Of a stretch of DNA of 64,000 nucleotides, positions 48,696 to 60,825 are shown in pieces. A model generated the notes under the pieces. The model saw only the letters and a program-made list of their open reading frames with translations, was not told where the DNA came from and made no database searches. Source of the DNA: Klebsormidium nitens. Lineage: Eukaryota; Plantae; Klebsormidiophyceae. A program made the translations under genes and the position numbers. Each line of letters opens with the position of its first letter. Position 1 is the stretch's first letter. The stretch lies in NCBI GenBank assembly GCA_000708835.1, contig DF237325.1, positions 1 through 64,000 on the forward strand. The letters are read 5' to 3'.

Positions 48696-51600
48696 ATGTC
48701 TTCCTCTTACGCTGCTTCTCTTCGCAGTGTGCAAGCCTTTGACTTTTCGAGGGGCGCTTCCGTCAGCAGATCAGAGCAGCTCAGGAATGGGGCCGCCAGG
48801 ATTCAAGTACTGCAACAAAGACATGGCTTTTGCAGGGGCAACTTCGGAGCTCTACTCCCCGGGGGCAGCTTTCAGGCAGGCAGCATTGGTCAACAGCAGT
48901 TTGTCTGTCCTCAGCTAGAGAAGCTGCAGCGTCGCAAGCAACCTGGCAGAAGGAGACAGCCAGTAAGGCACAAAGCAGTGGCAAAGGAAGGAGCCTCCTC
49001 CCCGCCGTACAATGTGGTCATCACAGGCTCGTCAAAAGGTGAGCGCTTTGACCCCGCTTTGCACAGACTTAGGTTGCGCACCGCACTGCACATGCAGCAA
49101 GTGGTGCATAAAATTTACGGTGACATAACATGCAGAGAGACATTGTAGCATATTGTACACTGGATGCGTTCAGCAGATTTTCATGTGGAGCGCTGCACAA
49201 ATGGGCTTCTCGTGCAATCAGCCATGGGACATAGACTCCCATATGATACAGCCCATTGTTTTTTCCTCTTCTTTGGGTTAGGTCCTTTGATCGGCGCACA
49301 GCGTATGTAGCTCAACTATTAATGGAATAACACTTAGGTTCTAACAGCAATCTTGACAGCTTCCCTCTCCTTCTGGAAATTGATTCTCCTCCTGACGTGT
49401 GCGCCAAATCCAGGCATCGGCCTTGCGCTCGCAAAGCAGTTCCTGGCCGCCGGCGATCGGGTCTGTTTGTGCGCTCGGGACACTTCGCAATTGGAGGCGC
49501 AGTGTAAGGAGTTTGAGAAAGAGTACCCAGGGCAAACGCTGGCGTGGGCAACGGACGTTACAAAAGCTGCGGAAGTGGCCGATCTGGCAAACTTCGCGAA
49601 ACAAGCGATGGGACACGTGGACGTGTGGATTAACAATGCGGGTGAGGCATGCAGGAGAGAGGCTATGTGCGAATAAGGCTGGGTCAGGACAGGCAAACAT
49701 GTAGAAGGGCGCTCAGAGGATAAGCGGAAGCCTCTGTTCGGCAGAAGGAGCAGTACGGCAGCTTTTTGAATAAGAGGTTTCAGAGTCAGCTCTGTCTCAG
49801 AATTTCGAGACTAGATCTTGAGCAGAAGCGCCAGCTAAAGCTGCAGTCCAGTCAAGCGTTTAGGAAGTTCAAGCCTGCGCTCTCTACGTGTTCAAAGAGG
49901 TTGAGGCCAGGAGTAGTGGCATCTTCTTCACCGAAGAGAGGGTCTTGCCTAGGCTGTGAGCCATCACCTGTCATCCAGTTCCAGCGGTCGATGTTAAGTT
50001 TGTCCGCGCAACCTTGATTGTTGCAGGGATTGACAATTCGCATTCATGATCTGATTGTTGAGCAGATCACGTAACTTGTTAAAGTCACCACGGGCAGCTT
50101 GCAAATTTTCCTCAACGCTCTTCTCTCCCCCCTGCCAGGGACAAATGCGTACACGTACAAGCCCCTGGTAGAGAACAGCGATGAGGACATTGAACAGATT
50201 GTTGCAACTAACACACTGGGAGTGATGCTGTGCTGTCGACAAGTGAGCAATCTCTCTACTCCCGGTTCTTCTGTGGTCATGCCTTGTGATGCATGTTACT
50301 CTTCATAATCTTTGGTTAAATACAGTGTCGGATCCAGATGTCAATGAGGCTGAGACCAGCCATTTGACTTTTTGGGTTCCAAGTTGCCAGCAGTCAAAGC
50401 TTCAAAGTCTATTACTGACATGGATGCATGCGAGAAAAACTGTCAATTTGTGAGCAGTCCTTGTTTTCGGCAATTTGCAGGCCATAAAGCTGATGCAAAA
50501 GCAGGGCTCCCGAGGCCACATCTTCAACATGGACGGCGCAGGCGCGGATGGAAACCCGACCCCAAGGTGAGAAGGCTGAGACTCATAAATCCCGAGATAT
50601 TCAGGTGGCCCCGTGAAACTTCTCAGCACGATCCGAGCCTGGAATCACAGTTTGAGCTTCGAGCTGATATTTCGATAGGCCATCGAACACTGTGTAGCTG
50701 GACTTCAATGTTTGTTGCAGAACAATGTCGACAAGCAGAGGTGAAAAGCAGGCACGGAAGAGGGCCTGCAAGGGATCGTCGGGCGTGCACGGGAGGATTG
50801 CTTCAATCCTTAGTTGGGAGAATGTTAACTAATTCTTCACGTATCTCCTAAGTCTTCTCAAAATCATCTTTTTAGAAAGACGTTGCTTTCACGACGGCTA
50901 CTATTTACTTCGGGGACACTCCCAGGAATCGGAGTCCTTGTCATGGATGAAGATCAGAGCTGAAAGATTATGGCTATTCGTACTTCGCAGATTCGCCGCC
51001 TATGGGGCGACCAAGCGGGGCCTGGCCCAGTTCACCAAGTCGCTGCAAGCCGAGTTGAAATTACTAGAGATCTCAAACGTCACAGTACATAATCTCTCCC
51101 CCGGGATGGTCACCACCGACCTGCTCATGGCTGGCGCCGACAGGTAAGAGAGCGCCCGGCCAGATTGTACAGAACGGCTAGGGATGATGTTCAAATGCGC
51201 TGAGTAACACGTCCCAACGGTTGACGAAAGAGTAAACCGTTTTGATGGAGAATCAGGCGATGTGCCTTCATTGGCAAACCTGGGCTGAGTACCGTACCTC
51301 TCCCGTTGCTTCGTTGAGGTTGAGATAAATCTGCCTGTAGCTGTCAATCCTTTCCTCTCTGGTCGACAAAGCTCCGCACTGACCCATTTCCGCTGGCAAT
51401 CTCTATCCATGTCTGGTTCGCCTCCTTCAACACCCGGTTTCCAGGGGAAGTGCCATCGTTGCCCGCGCTAAGTAGCCTCTCACGGCTCAAGTGTTGATAA
51501 GCTCCCTCCGCTTGTTCTAGGCAACAAGCCCGGTTCTTCATCAACGCCCTCGCGGAGCCCCCAGACGTGGTGGCCGACTTTCTGGTCCCGCGGATACGCG

Positions 51601-52180
51601 CTACAGTGGCGAACGCCGACGGCAAGAGCAAGTACATCCGCTTCCTCACGTCGCCCAAGGCGTACTCGCAAATTCTGGCGGTGAGTACAACTTGAACAGT
51701 TTTCACACCCAGTAAAACCTAAATGCGGATCTGGCGGCGAGAAGGAGTCACTCACTTACTGTTTTCCGACTACTACATTTGCAGAACTTGGCGGGGAGTG
51801 CCCGCTCTCTATTCAGGAAAGAAGGGAGGGCCCAAAGTGTTGAATCATCACAGACTAAAAGTTCCGACCGGCTTCCATGTGCTGGAACTAAGCAACCTAA
51901 CGTAATCTGACACCTTCTCGGAAGCGGTTCCGGTTGAAGCGGCTGTAAACTGCACCTTCTTTAGGATATCTGTGTCTGCTTGTTTCGTTCTTTCCGCGGA
52001 AGGGGTCAACAGCTGCCCTCATAACCTCAGCGTATCAGGCCCTGCTCCAAACAGCTTTCCTTCAAGGCGCCCAAGGCCTTTCTCTACCCCTTTGTTCCTA
52101 ATGCATTCTTCAATTTCCTGTTGCAGAGGTTGCTCTTCAAGAGTAGAAAAGACCGCTACGTGAAAGAGTCGGACAGCTGA
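48696..52180 (+). CDS. NOL: Chlorophyll(ide) b reductase NOL (NYC1-like short-chain dehydrogenase), with a transit peptide
   Basis: Exons: 48696-49038, 49414-49641, 50139-50242, 50481-50566, 50991-51143, 51521-51680, 52127-52180. Motifs: PPYNVVITGSSKGIG (TGxxxGIG), WINNAG, GHIFNMDGAGADGNPTPRFAAYGATK (YxxxK), VHNLSPGMVTTDLLM, FFINALAE. Confidence 0.93.
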
Positions 52181-53862
52181 CGAGCCGCTTCACTTTGAAG
52201 GAGGGGTGCCTCCAAGTGGGCATGGACCTCTGCCCAAGTATAAGCAACGCAGGCGGATGGCAGTGGGTTTTGTCAAAGTCGTCTGTGGGAGCTCACTCGA
52301 CTCGAAGCACCGAGTATCAAGTGATATTGCGTGACGAGTTGGCTATGTACACCAGTTGAGATATACAAGCCCCAAACTTGCCAAAGGGCATGTACACCCA
52401 TTTCGGAGTCGCACCCCAATGACTTTACGCGTTGCACCTTCTCACGCAGTGTTTGGAAGCCAGCGTTCGGCTTTTTGCGCTTTGATACATTTTTGAGAAG
52501 TTGCGGAATTGATTAACCAGGTATGAGTATCAGGGCCTGAAGCAACCCAACTGCCGGGGTTTCTCATGCAAGTTCTAACCAAGCCCGAGGGGTCTTTCAA
52601 GTTCAACGCATGTGCGTTCACTTCTTATTCAATGAACAAACACGTGCTTCTGCCATGTCGCCACAGGGGCGTGCACGTCATGGCTTTCGAATATACCGAC
52701 AATTGTGCACTGGGATTCGCGGATGCGCCGACGATATGCAAACGTGACTGCATGAGTCTTACAGTACATCATACATGAAATAGTCATTGAAGGCCGATCA
52801 TGGTAAATGTTCAAATTATGCAAATGGAGCATGGGAGGTCATGATTATATGAGCATCAGTCACGCGCAAGAATCAAGACCTAGATCCGGGTGCCGTAATA
52901 GGGCCAAGCGCAGTAAGCGGAATATATTGCTCACGATCGGGCTCATGATAAGTATAGCTAGCGTCATTGCTACTTTGAAGCGGCTGCCCAATCTCCCGCA
53001 AAACCGCGTCTTTGAACTTGTCCTTCACCATTTGTGACTGAAGGGTGCGCTCGACTCAGAGGGACCGGCTCGGGACCGGCGTCTAGCTCTCCTTGATTGC
53101 AATATGGATGGAACAGTTCTGGTAGTCAATGGGACCGGCCTTGACTATTGAATGATCAGGAAAACTTCTGCGAGCCTTCGGCAATCTAGCAGTCACAATG
53201 GCAGGCAAGCTTGGCTGATATTCTCCCTAAGGCTGCATCAGCGATTGAGCTTTTGCAAGGAGCTAAGGAGTCTGAGGCAGTTGAAGCTGGAGAGACCGAT
53301 CGTCGCGATGCAAGCAATCCTTCCTAAACCCCAGCTGCATAATGCACCTTTCAAGAATGTTCGTGAGTGCACACGTCACGGACCACGGTGGTATGATGCG
53401 GCGACGAAAGCTGGTACCAGTCGTAACCAGTGTGAACTGGATGTGGAAAAACACAGCATGCAAGATCGACGGTGCAAAGCCTCCTTCGCAAAAGCCAAAC
53501 GCAGAACGGAACGGCGTCGAATCGTCGAGACTCGATAGAGAGTCGAGAGGCTCAAGTAGATGCATTATGCGCCATTAATGCCTTCTCAAAGTTCTTCGAC
53601 GGCAGGCTCATGATGAGCTCTGTAGCAGGGAGAATCCCTCATGATACCGTAGCCCTAGCTGCTGGGCCACGGTCCACCACCAGCCTGGCACCAAGGCCGC
53701 CACCAAATGTCCTCATGAAGGCTGAAAGTCTAAAGACGCACCTATCTGGCTGTGCGGCGTTCCATTTTGGCACAAAGTTTCCTGCTGGGTCTGATTTAGA
53801 GTCAGACGTCAGTCAACTTTGAAGCTGCGCAAAGTTTGGGGAAGAGTGCACTTCATTACTGC

Positions 53863-53893
53863 ACATTACTGCACATTACTGCACCCTGTACAT
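53863..53893. repeat. Short tandem repeat (CATTACTGCA), about 3 copies, upstream of the MLKL-like/macro gene
   Basis: CATTACTGCACATTACTGCACATTACTGCAC read directly; ends are approximate. Confidence 0.8.
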
Positions 53894-54113
53894 TTGCTGA
53901 GCTGGCTTCACTGGTGCTTGATGTTCCCGGCGCTTGCCTTAACCATTGTGAACAGATTGTAGAGTGCCCTCAGAAGGACTCAAGGACTCAATGAAAGCAG
54001 CGCGCAGCAGGGTCAACTGCCGGACTCTGTCCTGTACAATGCTTTACACGTCGAAGGACCCCTCTTTCCTCATTCCTGAACCTTGAGGAGTCATTGCGGA
54101 GTTCCTACCAGCA

Positions 54114-57100
54114 ATGGCGTTTCTTCTTGGAAGGTGTGGTTCATTCAAGCAAGGGACTGCAGCTGTCAAAGGCGAAGAAAAGCTCACAGCCACGCCAGCG
54201 AGTGGGAGGGCGCCTGAATTCACTGCCGGAATCTCGATTGCACCCTCGGCACTGGACTCATTACAAACGGTTGACTCAACAGGGCCAGTGCCGCAGTGGC
54301 TGATCAAGTTCAATGCATTTGCTGAGGTTGCTGAAGACAAAGCTGAAAAGCTGCAGGCAATCACCGCGATGGTGCCTCCCAACCTGATTGAAAAGTTGGA
54401 CCTCATTCCTGCTGTTGGGAACGTCGTCGAGAATCTGCTTGGGAGCGCCTGGGAGATAGGCCAGTCTCTGCCCTGGGCTGGCGTCATCTTCAAGGTGATG
54501 GACAGCATACACAAGGGGGTGAAGGAAGTGCGCCTCAACAAAGCCAATTTTGCCAAGCTGCAATCCGTCATTGCGCAGATCCGCGACGTTCTGAAGGAGC
54601 CAGAGATGAGCAAGAGCCTCCAGGGGCTGCCACAGAGCGCTGACTCAGCGCTGCAGAGCTTGGTGCAGTCCCTGGTCGATGCACACGCGTTCATGGTGAA
54701 GTTCCAGGGGCAGGGCACCATCATGTACTTCCTCAGTTTGAGCGGGGGCACGCAGCGCTTTCAAGACCTGAGTGATGGGATCAAGGAAGCTTACGAGGCT
54801 CTGCGTGCCATGCTGGACCTTCACACGCACACGCTGCTGAAGGTGAGACCAGTGACCCCAACCCCTTTTTAGCCCGAGCCTCATCTTGGGCCAGGTGCTC
54901 AGATTCGTGAACTCTCGGTTCTGCACTGAGTAAGGCCATAGTTGGTCAGATTCACTTCCCCTGCTCAGACGGACATAAGTCCAAACCCAAAATTGAACGC
55001 TCCGCACCATTATTTATCCTAGGCCCCTAAACCAACCCCACCCGTCCACCAGGCAAATGACCTGAGTCCACGAAGCCATAATCCACAGCAATACAATGCA
55101 TGGAACCAACTTGGATAGGGCGTTTTGTACCACTTGCTAGTTAGCCTGGGCTTCTTCAATAGAGTTCACTAATTTGCTAGTCAGAAATCTCGTATAATCC
55201 TGCACTGAAGAGTTTTTAATGTTGTGATTGCCTTTGAGCTGAGCAAAAGTTGTGCAACAATGCTCAGCCACAAGATCTGTTGCCAAAGGGGCCACCTTGA
55301 AAGTCGAGAAGTCCACCACCAAGCCTCAGCATAAGCGTGAGCTCTTTTTGCCGAGACATAGGATTTTAAGAGAGAGCTCCTTATCTTTTGAGAGCAAGCA
55401 CTTGGACAGACATTCCTGACCCATTGCAAGCAAAAGTTGCCAGCAACAATGCTTCATGTACAAAAGTCTCCAATTAGAAATTAGTATTAGAGCCCTTCTT
55501 ATCTGCTTTGAAGACATCAAGATAGCGAAATTGCAATCGAATTCCTCATCCTTGTTGACTCCCCATTAACCGCTTGCTTACCCAATTTCTTGCCTACTTG
55601 AGGTTTCACCTCACGGAAGCCACAAGCAGGAAGCTACATTGCCTCTCCTTTCAGGGTCTTCTTGATTCTCACAAACAAGTAGAAGGTCCTGATTTGTCTC
55701 CTCTCTCACAGAACCTGCACGTGCCAGACTACAAGGAGGACCTGGAAGAGATCAAGGCACTACAGCGGCAGCTGCTTGATGACTTCCACAGCGCGTGGGG
55801 CATGGCCAAGCTGCGCTTCGAGCTGTCAGCCACGTGTCAGCTTGTATTGCAGCAGGGGGACATCAGCATGTGGTTCCTCGACAGGTGAGCTCCCCCGAGT
55901 GTGAGCTCGTGCCGCAGCAAGTGATGTCAGCACGTACGCAGTGGCCATCTGTTATTTCGTGCTGCAGCCCAGTGAACCAAGGCCCCAAGACTGTCCTATC
56001 CAATACCGTGATTGACTACCACGTGTCAGCTTGTGCCAAGCGGAGGACTTCAGCCTGTGGTTCCCCTGCAGGGACACGGACGCAATCGTGAATCCCACAA
56101 ACCAGGCCATGAAACCCGGAGGTGTCGCATGCAACGGAGTAATTCATGCTGGTGCAGGAAAGGAGCTCTGGAGGTAGGCAGCTCCTCACCGCTGTCCGAA
56201 AGCTAGTTGGGAACGTTTTGAGAGTAAGTTCTTCGTGAAGGAATATGCTTTTTGAAATCAACAATAGTCCCACTTTTGACTTGTCCTGAGGGCTCAGAGA
56301 TACTTTTCATGAAGCTGGTACAAACAGAGCGGGATAAACAGCATGGTACCAGGCGTTTTCGCGAGCACAGCTGTGCATAATGTACTCAGCCAGAAGAGAA
56401 ATGTTTAAGGAAGGTTCTTGTCAATTGCCAACATCATCTGATGTCAAACCCGCAGCAGTTGGGTTCATGTAAAGATAAGTTGTAGTTCGGTTGTTTTGCA
56501 GGTACATTGAAAACAACATCCCAGTCCGCAAAGAGCACATGTTACGATACGAGTGCTGCGACGTCGAGGCACGTTCCGAGCAGCCCGCGCCAGTGAAAGC
56601 GCCCTGCCCCAGCTGTGACAAAGTCGCGGAAAGGCGGGGGAAGCTGCAAGAGGTCCGACTGGGATTTCTGCAGGCGTGCACAACCGAGGGGTTTGGCCTC
56701 TTTGCGAGGCGCATCGTGCACACAGTGGGAAATGCCTTCAACGGCATGCGGCGGGACGAGGCGGTCTCACGGATGCGGACTGTGTACGAAAATTGTCTCA
56801 AGGAGGCAAACAAAGGAGGTAAGATTCTGTTCCCTCTCGAGACGCTTTCTATGAGATGTCGAAAACTAGAGTCGCGCGTACCCGGGGGCAAACGGTTAAG
56901 TCGATTGCCCGCATGCAGTGCACGCACCAGCTTGTACACTTCATTGTGAAAAGTTTAAGCGCCCTTCCTTAAGCGAAGCTTTCAAGTGCATTCTTCTGGG
57001 TAAGCGCGCTGCTCTAAGCCAATTCTTGGAACAGGAGGGGCAGCTTACAACCAGAAGATGCTCTCTAGTTCCTGGTATTGGTACCCGAAAGGGAGTTGCA

Positions 57101-57472
57101 CCATCGTAACAACGACAACGACGCATGTGTGCAGGTTTGATTCGCTACCTCGCGTTCCCCGCGCTTTCTTGCGGCACAATTGGACTGCCCCCAAAATACG
57201 CCGCGGAGGTAGCCATTGAAGCATGCAAGAAGGAAGCGGGCAATCTCAAAGAAATCCACTTTGTGCTGCAAGACAAGCGGGCATGGGTCGCTTGGAGCAC
57301 CGTCGCTGCTAACTACAAGCCAGGAACCGATTCCGGGGACGCATTCGGAGGCGCCATTCAGGTGAACAACTTTGGTAACCTCGCTACTAACCACAAGCCA
57401 GGAACTCATTCCACGGACGTCGACCCATTCGAAGGCACCATTCATGCGAAAAAATTTGACAACCTCCCCTAG
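54114..57472 (+). CDS. MLKL/MCAfunc-like four-helix bundle fused to a macrodomain with a Cys4 insertion and a C-terminal two-copy repeat, about 552 aa
   Basis: Phase-consistent exons: 54114-54842, 55712-55884, 56072-56173, 56502-56818, 57135-57472. Macro motifs in order: LVLQQGDISMW, DTDAIVNPTN, GGVACNGVIHAGAG, RIVHTVG, YENCLKEA, IRYLAFPALSCG, LKEIHFVL. The N-terminal heptad-patterned helices resemble the MLKL N-terminal domain. Confidence 0.85.
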
Positions 57473-59340
57473 GCTGCCGAGCAGATGGAGGTCCGCAAGA
57501 TGCGGCGGCTGGTCACGAGACGTCCGTCAAATACGGCCTGCCCCATTCCTGCATGACTAGCTACTAGTGTGTCTTTTGGAGCAGAGCTCGGTTGTGGAGA
57601 GAGTTGTCGTGGGTACCCTTCTGACGTTTCTGTCCAGAAGAGTCGACAGGAGGAAATGACATCTTATTGAGAATCATTATTAACGCGTTCCATGTTAGAA
57701 CATCGACAACTACGCACACAGAACCAGTCTATGAAAGGTCGGAGGCAGAACTCTTTCGATTGTACTCGATCGATCCTTTGTATACTTGTTTTTCGTCGCT
57801 TATATCCAGAGCCGTGCGTGTACGCGGCCCAATGAATGACATCCATTCTGCTTCGATAAAACCCTATCGAAGTATTAATACCTGAGTTTAAATTTGAGCG
57901 CTTACACTCAGCACATTTGTCTTCCTGAACCGCATCTGCGCTGGCTAAATGACGCGGCTCCCCTATGACTATGTGGATATACGAAGTCTTAGAGATGCAT
58001 GATCAACTGGCAAGTGTTGACTAATTACTTTTTTGTCAGACGGCCGCGCGCAGCCTGCATATTGGATGAGAACTGGTTGTATTGAATTTCTTGATTTTTA
58101 TCTAGTGCTTGACAAGTGGGCAAGCTGTCGGGTCAAAGCGCATCCTATTCCTGGGGATCGCCGTGTACGTCATCATTGCATTGCGCACATACCGTACCGG
58201 CCTATTTGTGTAAGCCATCTAGCTTTTTCAATGTTACATTTAGACGTCCATCAAACAATTTGAATGCATGCCAGGAGCTAGCCTGCCGGCCTTGGTCACT
58301 GAGGCGCACCGATAAAATAAGCGAGTCATGCCCGCGCGCCACTATGAACCAACGGATTCATGCAAACGCTGTTTTGGCAAGGTGCAGCGATGCGCGGCCG
58401 TCGAATTTATTCTCAATGAAGATGCACATGGCGATGCCCATCTGGGTGGAGTCCACACTGAGGCTCAACCAGCCAGTAAGTGGTTTAAATTTTTTTTAGA
58501 AACTGTCAAGAAATCTCCAATGCAACGGTGAGAATCCGACTGGAGCCCAGATGAGTCTTTACCCCTTTCATCAAATTTGAGAATATCTGTCACGCTTCGC
58601 CCACAAGTTAACGATGATGTGTATTCATGAGTATGATCATGGCAACGGCATGCGCCGCTTCTTGGCGTCTTGATCTATCATTGCTCTTCTCGACCGCACC
58701 GTTGGGACGCTGCCTGGCGTTGACTTCTCAGTGAATGGAGTGTGTTTACTTGCTTCCCTGGGATCAGTGCGGCGATCAATTCCTCTTCTTAAGTACAGCG
58801 GTTTTATCAGATATGACTGCTGAATAGCACGAACTTATGAGCCGATGTTGGGAAATCCTTCTCAATTATGACCAAATGATCCATGATTGGCTACGCCGAT
58901 AGCTGCCAGGCTGGCGCACGGGTCGCAGAGCGGGCAAGCTATGCTTTGTCAAGGGAGTGGGTATACTGTGACTCTACTGGTATACTCATGGTGAAAATCA
59001 AGTTTGATTTTGTTTCTTGCATGAATCTTGATGCTAAGTCCGACCACTTCAATCAGGTTCTCTGCTTCAGGTGACGAACGGAGGGCCGACAACGGGACTC
59101 TATAGGTACAGCAGGGTAGTCGAGCAATTGAGGAGAAAGGGAGATTTGTCAGGCAGTTGATCAACCTTCAAAACGCATGATACGTTTGAGCAGTGTCGAA
59201 ATATAGAGGATCAGAGCGACTAGCGACCTGACCAGCCGCTCGACTTTGCAGAACATGCTAAACCGGGTACTTTCAGAAGGGGTCGCAGTTCACTAAGTCT
59301 TGAGACCTTCAGATTGAAAAGCGGCGCACGCGCATCCGCG

Positions 59341-60825
59341 ATGGCGAAAGAAGGAAGCGAGAGGAAGCAAGCAGAAGCAACTACTGGTTCTGGCGGCGGA
59401 CAGGGAGGCAGCTTCTTCAATGATGCGTCCAGCAGCGACGTTGTGGTCAGGATTGTTGAAGGCAGCGAAGACGGAGCAATAGCGGAGCAGGGTGGGTTCT
59501 TAGAGCTGCACCTTCACCGGAGTATCCTGATTGAGAACAGCACCTTCTTTTCTGCACAGCTGTCAGATAGGTGGGAGGGTGCATGCGCTCGAGACACTCA
59601 GGGGCGCCCGCTTCTGCTCATCGCGTACTCTGGGCACTCTCAGGACTGTGCTTCTGCGCTGCAGAAGGTTTCTGAAAGGGCTCCCGGTGATCCAACCAAA
59701 TTCCCGGTGCATTCGTTTGCTGGGTTCGAAGAGGCGCTCGACTGTCTAAAGCCTGCCGACCAGTTGTCTCTATTCTCCGTTTCTGCATCTGCTGTGGCGT
59801 ACTTGGAGAGCATTCCCTGATCCGGAGAGCAAAGGGAGCAGATCCTGACAAAGGTCGCGCAAGTCGGGTTCCCTTCGAAAGAGCTTCTAGCAAGATTGAA
59901 GCCGCCATCTGAATGGATTAGCACTGGGCTTCTAGATCCTGTCCTCTCAAAAGCAACGTCGATGCAGGCTCCCGACGCAAACGCACGCTCTTCTCTCCGA
60001 GACTTTATGTCGGAGGTAAACGTGTCACTAGGCACCCACGACGAGACTGCGATGGAGACAGAGGGCTTTTTGGCGGCCGGCCTGCGAAGATGCCTTTCTC
60101 AGATGGACAGCACCACAATCCCTTCTCTCAAGTTTGAAGCGGAATTCAAACACCACCGCTACCAGCCTAGACCGCAGTCGACCTGTAATACTCCCTTGTC
60201 CAATCTGCTGAGCAACTTATCCTGGATTTTCCAGCTTCCAAGCTTGTGCGGGGCGAATGACGTTAGGAGGGACGTCGTGAAGACGATGCTTCAGGTTCAT
60301 GCGGCTTGCAAAGCTGCAGTCTTTAAGGAGCAGATCTTTCACCGTTACATAGCGGAGCGCCTTTACCTCCCCGTCATGAAGGCTGTCGCGGAAGGAAGCC
60401 TGGTCCTGGGAGCGGAGAGGCGTGTCAGTCTGCTGGGAATGTGGGTCCCGAGACGTTTTGCTTACTACGATACGGAAGGGGCTCAGCATGTTCACTCCGA
60501 GGCGATGCAAGCAGCCTTCAACGCGGTGCTGGGAAGTGTGAGCTTCGACGACCAGGAAGAAATTCTGCGTGGGTGGATGGACGAACTCAAGGGAGAGAAC
60601 CCCTGGGAGCCGTGGTTTGGAGAGTGGATGAAGATGTGCCTCCTCGCAAGGTGGAAAAAGGGTAGCGCCCGTAAGCATTCCGGTCAAATTTCTTTTCGCT
60701 TCCGACCGTCCTGTTTGTGGCCCCAATGCTCATGCTCCTCTGATTGGTTATACTTCAGTTCTTTCATCGTATGTGATGGGCAGAGCAGCAAGGTGTGGTA
60801 TCAGGGGCTTGAAAGCTTGCCGTAA
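59341..60825 (+). pseudogene. Intronless plant-type BTB/POZ protein gene with one in-frame premature stop (59818-59820)
   Basis: FNDASSSDVVVRI...LHLHRSILIENSTFFSAQLSDRW is a BTB core. AYLESIP-TGA-SGEQREQI sits where this family has YLEAVPW. The frame continues uninterrupted to 60825. Confidence 0.75.

Noticed and set aside
55830-56034. 16-bp repeat CCACGTGTCAGCTTGT shared by exon 2 and intron 2 of the macro gene
   Set aside because: Too short to interpret and it does not include a splice site.
59818-59820. Selenocysteine or programmed readthrough at the BTB TGA
   Set aside because: The homologous residue is Trp, one base change from TGA, and no SECIS-like element was recognised.
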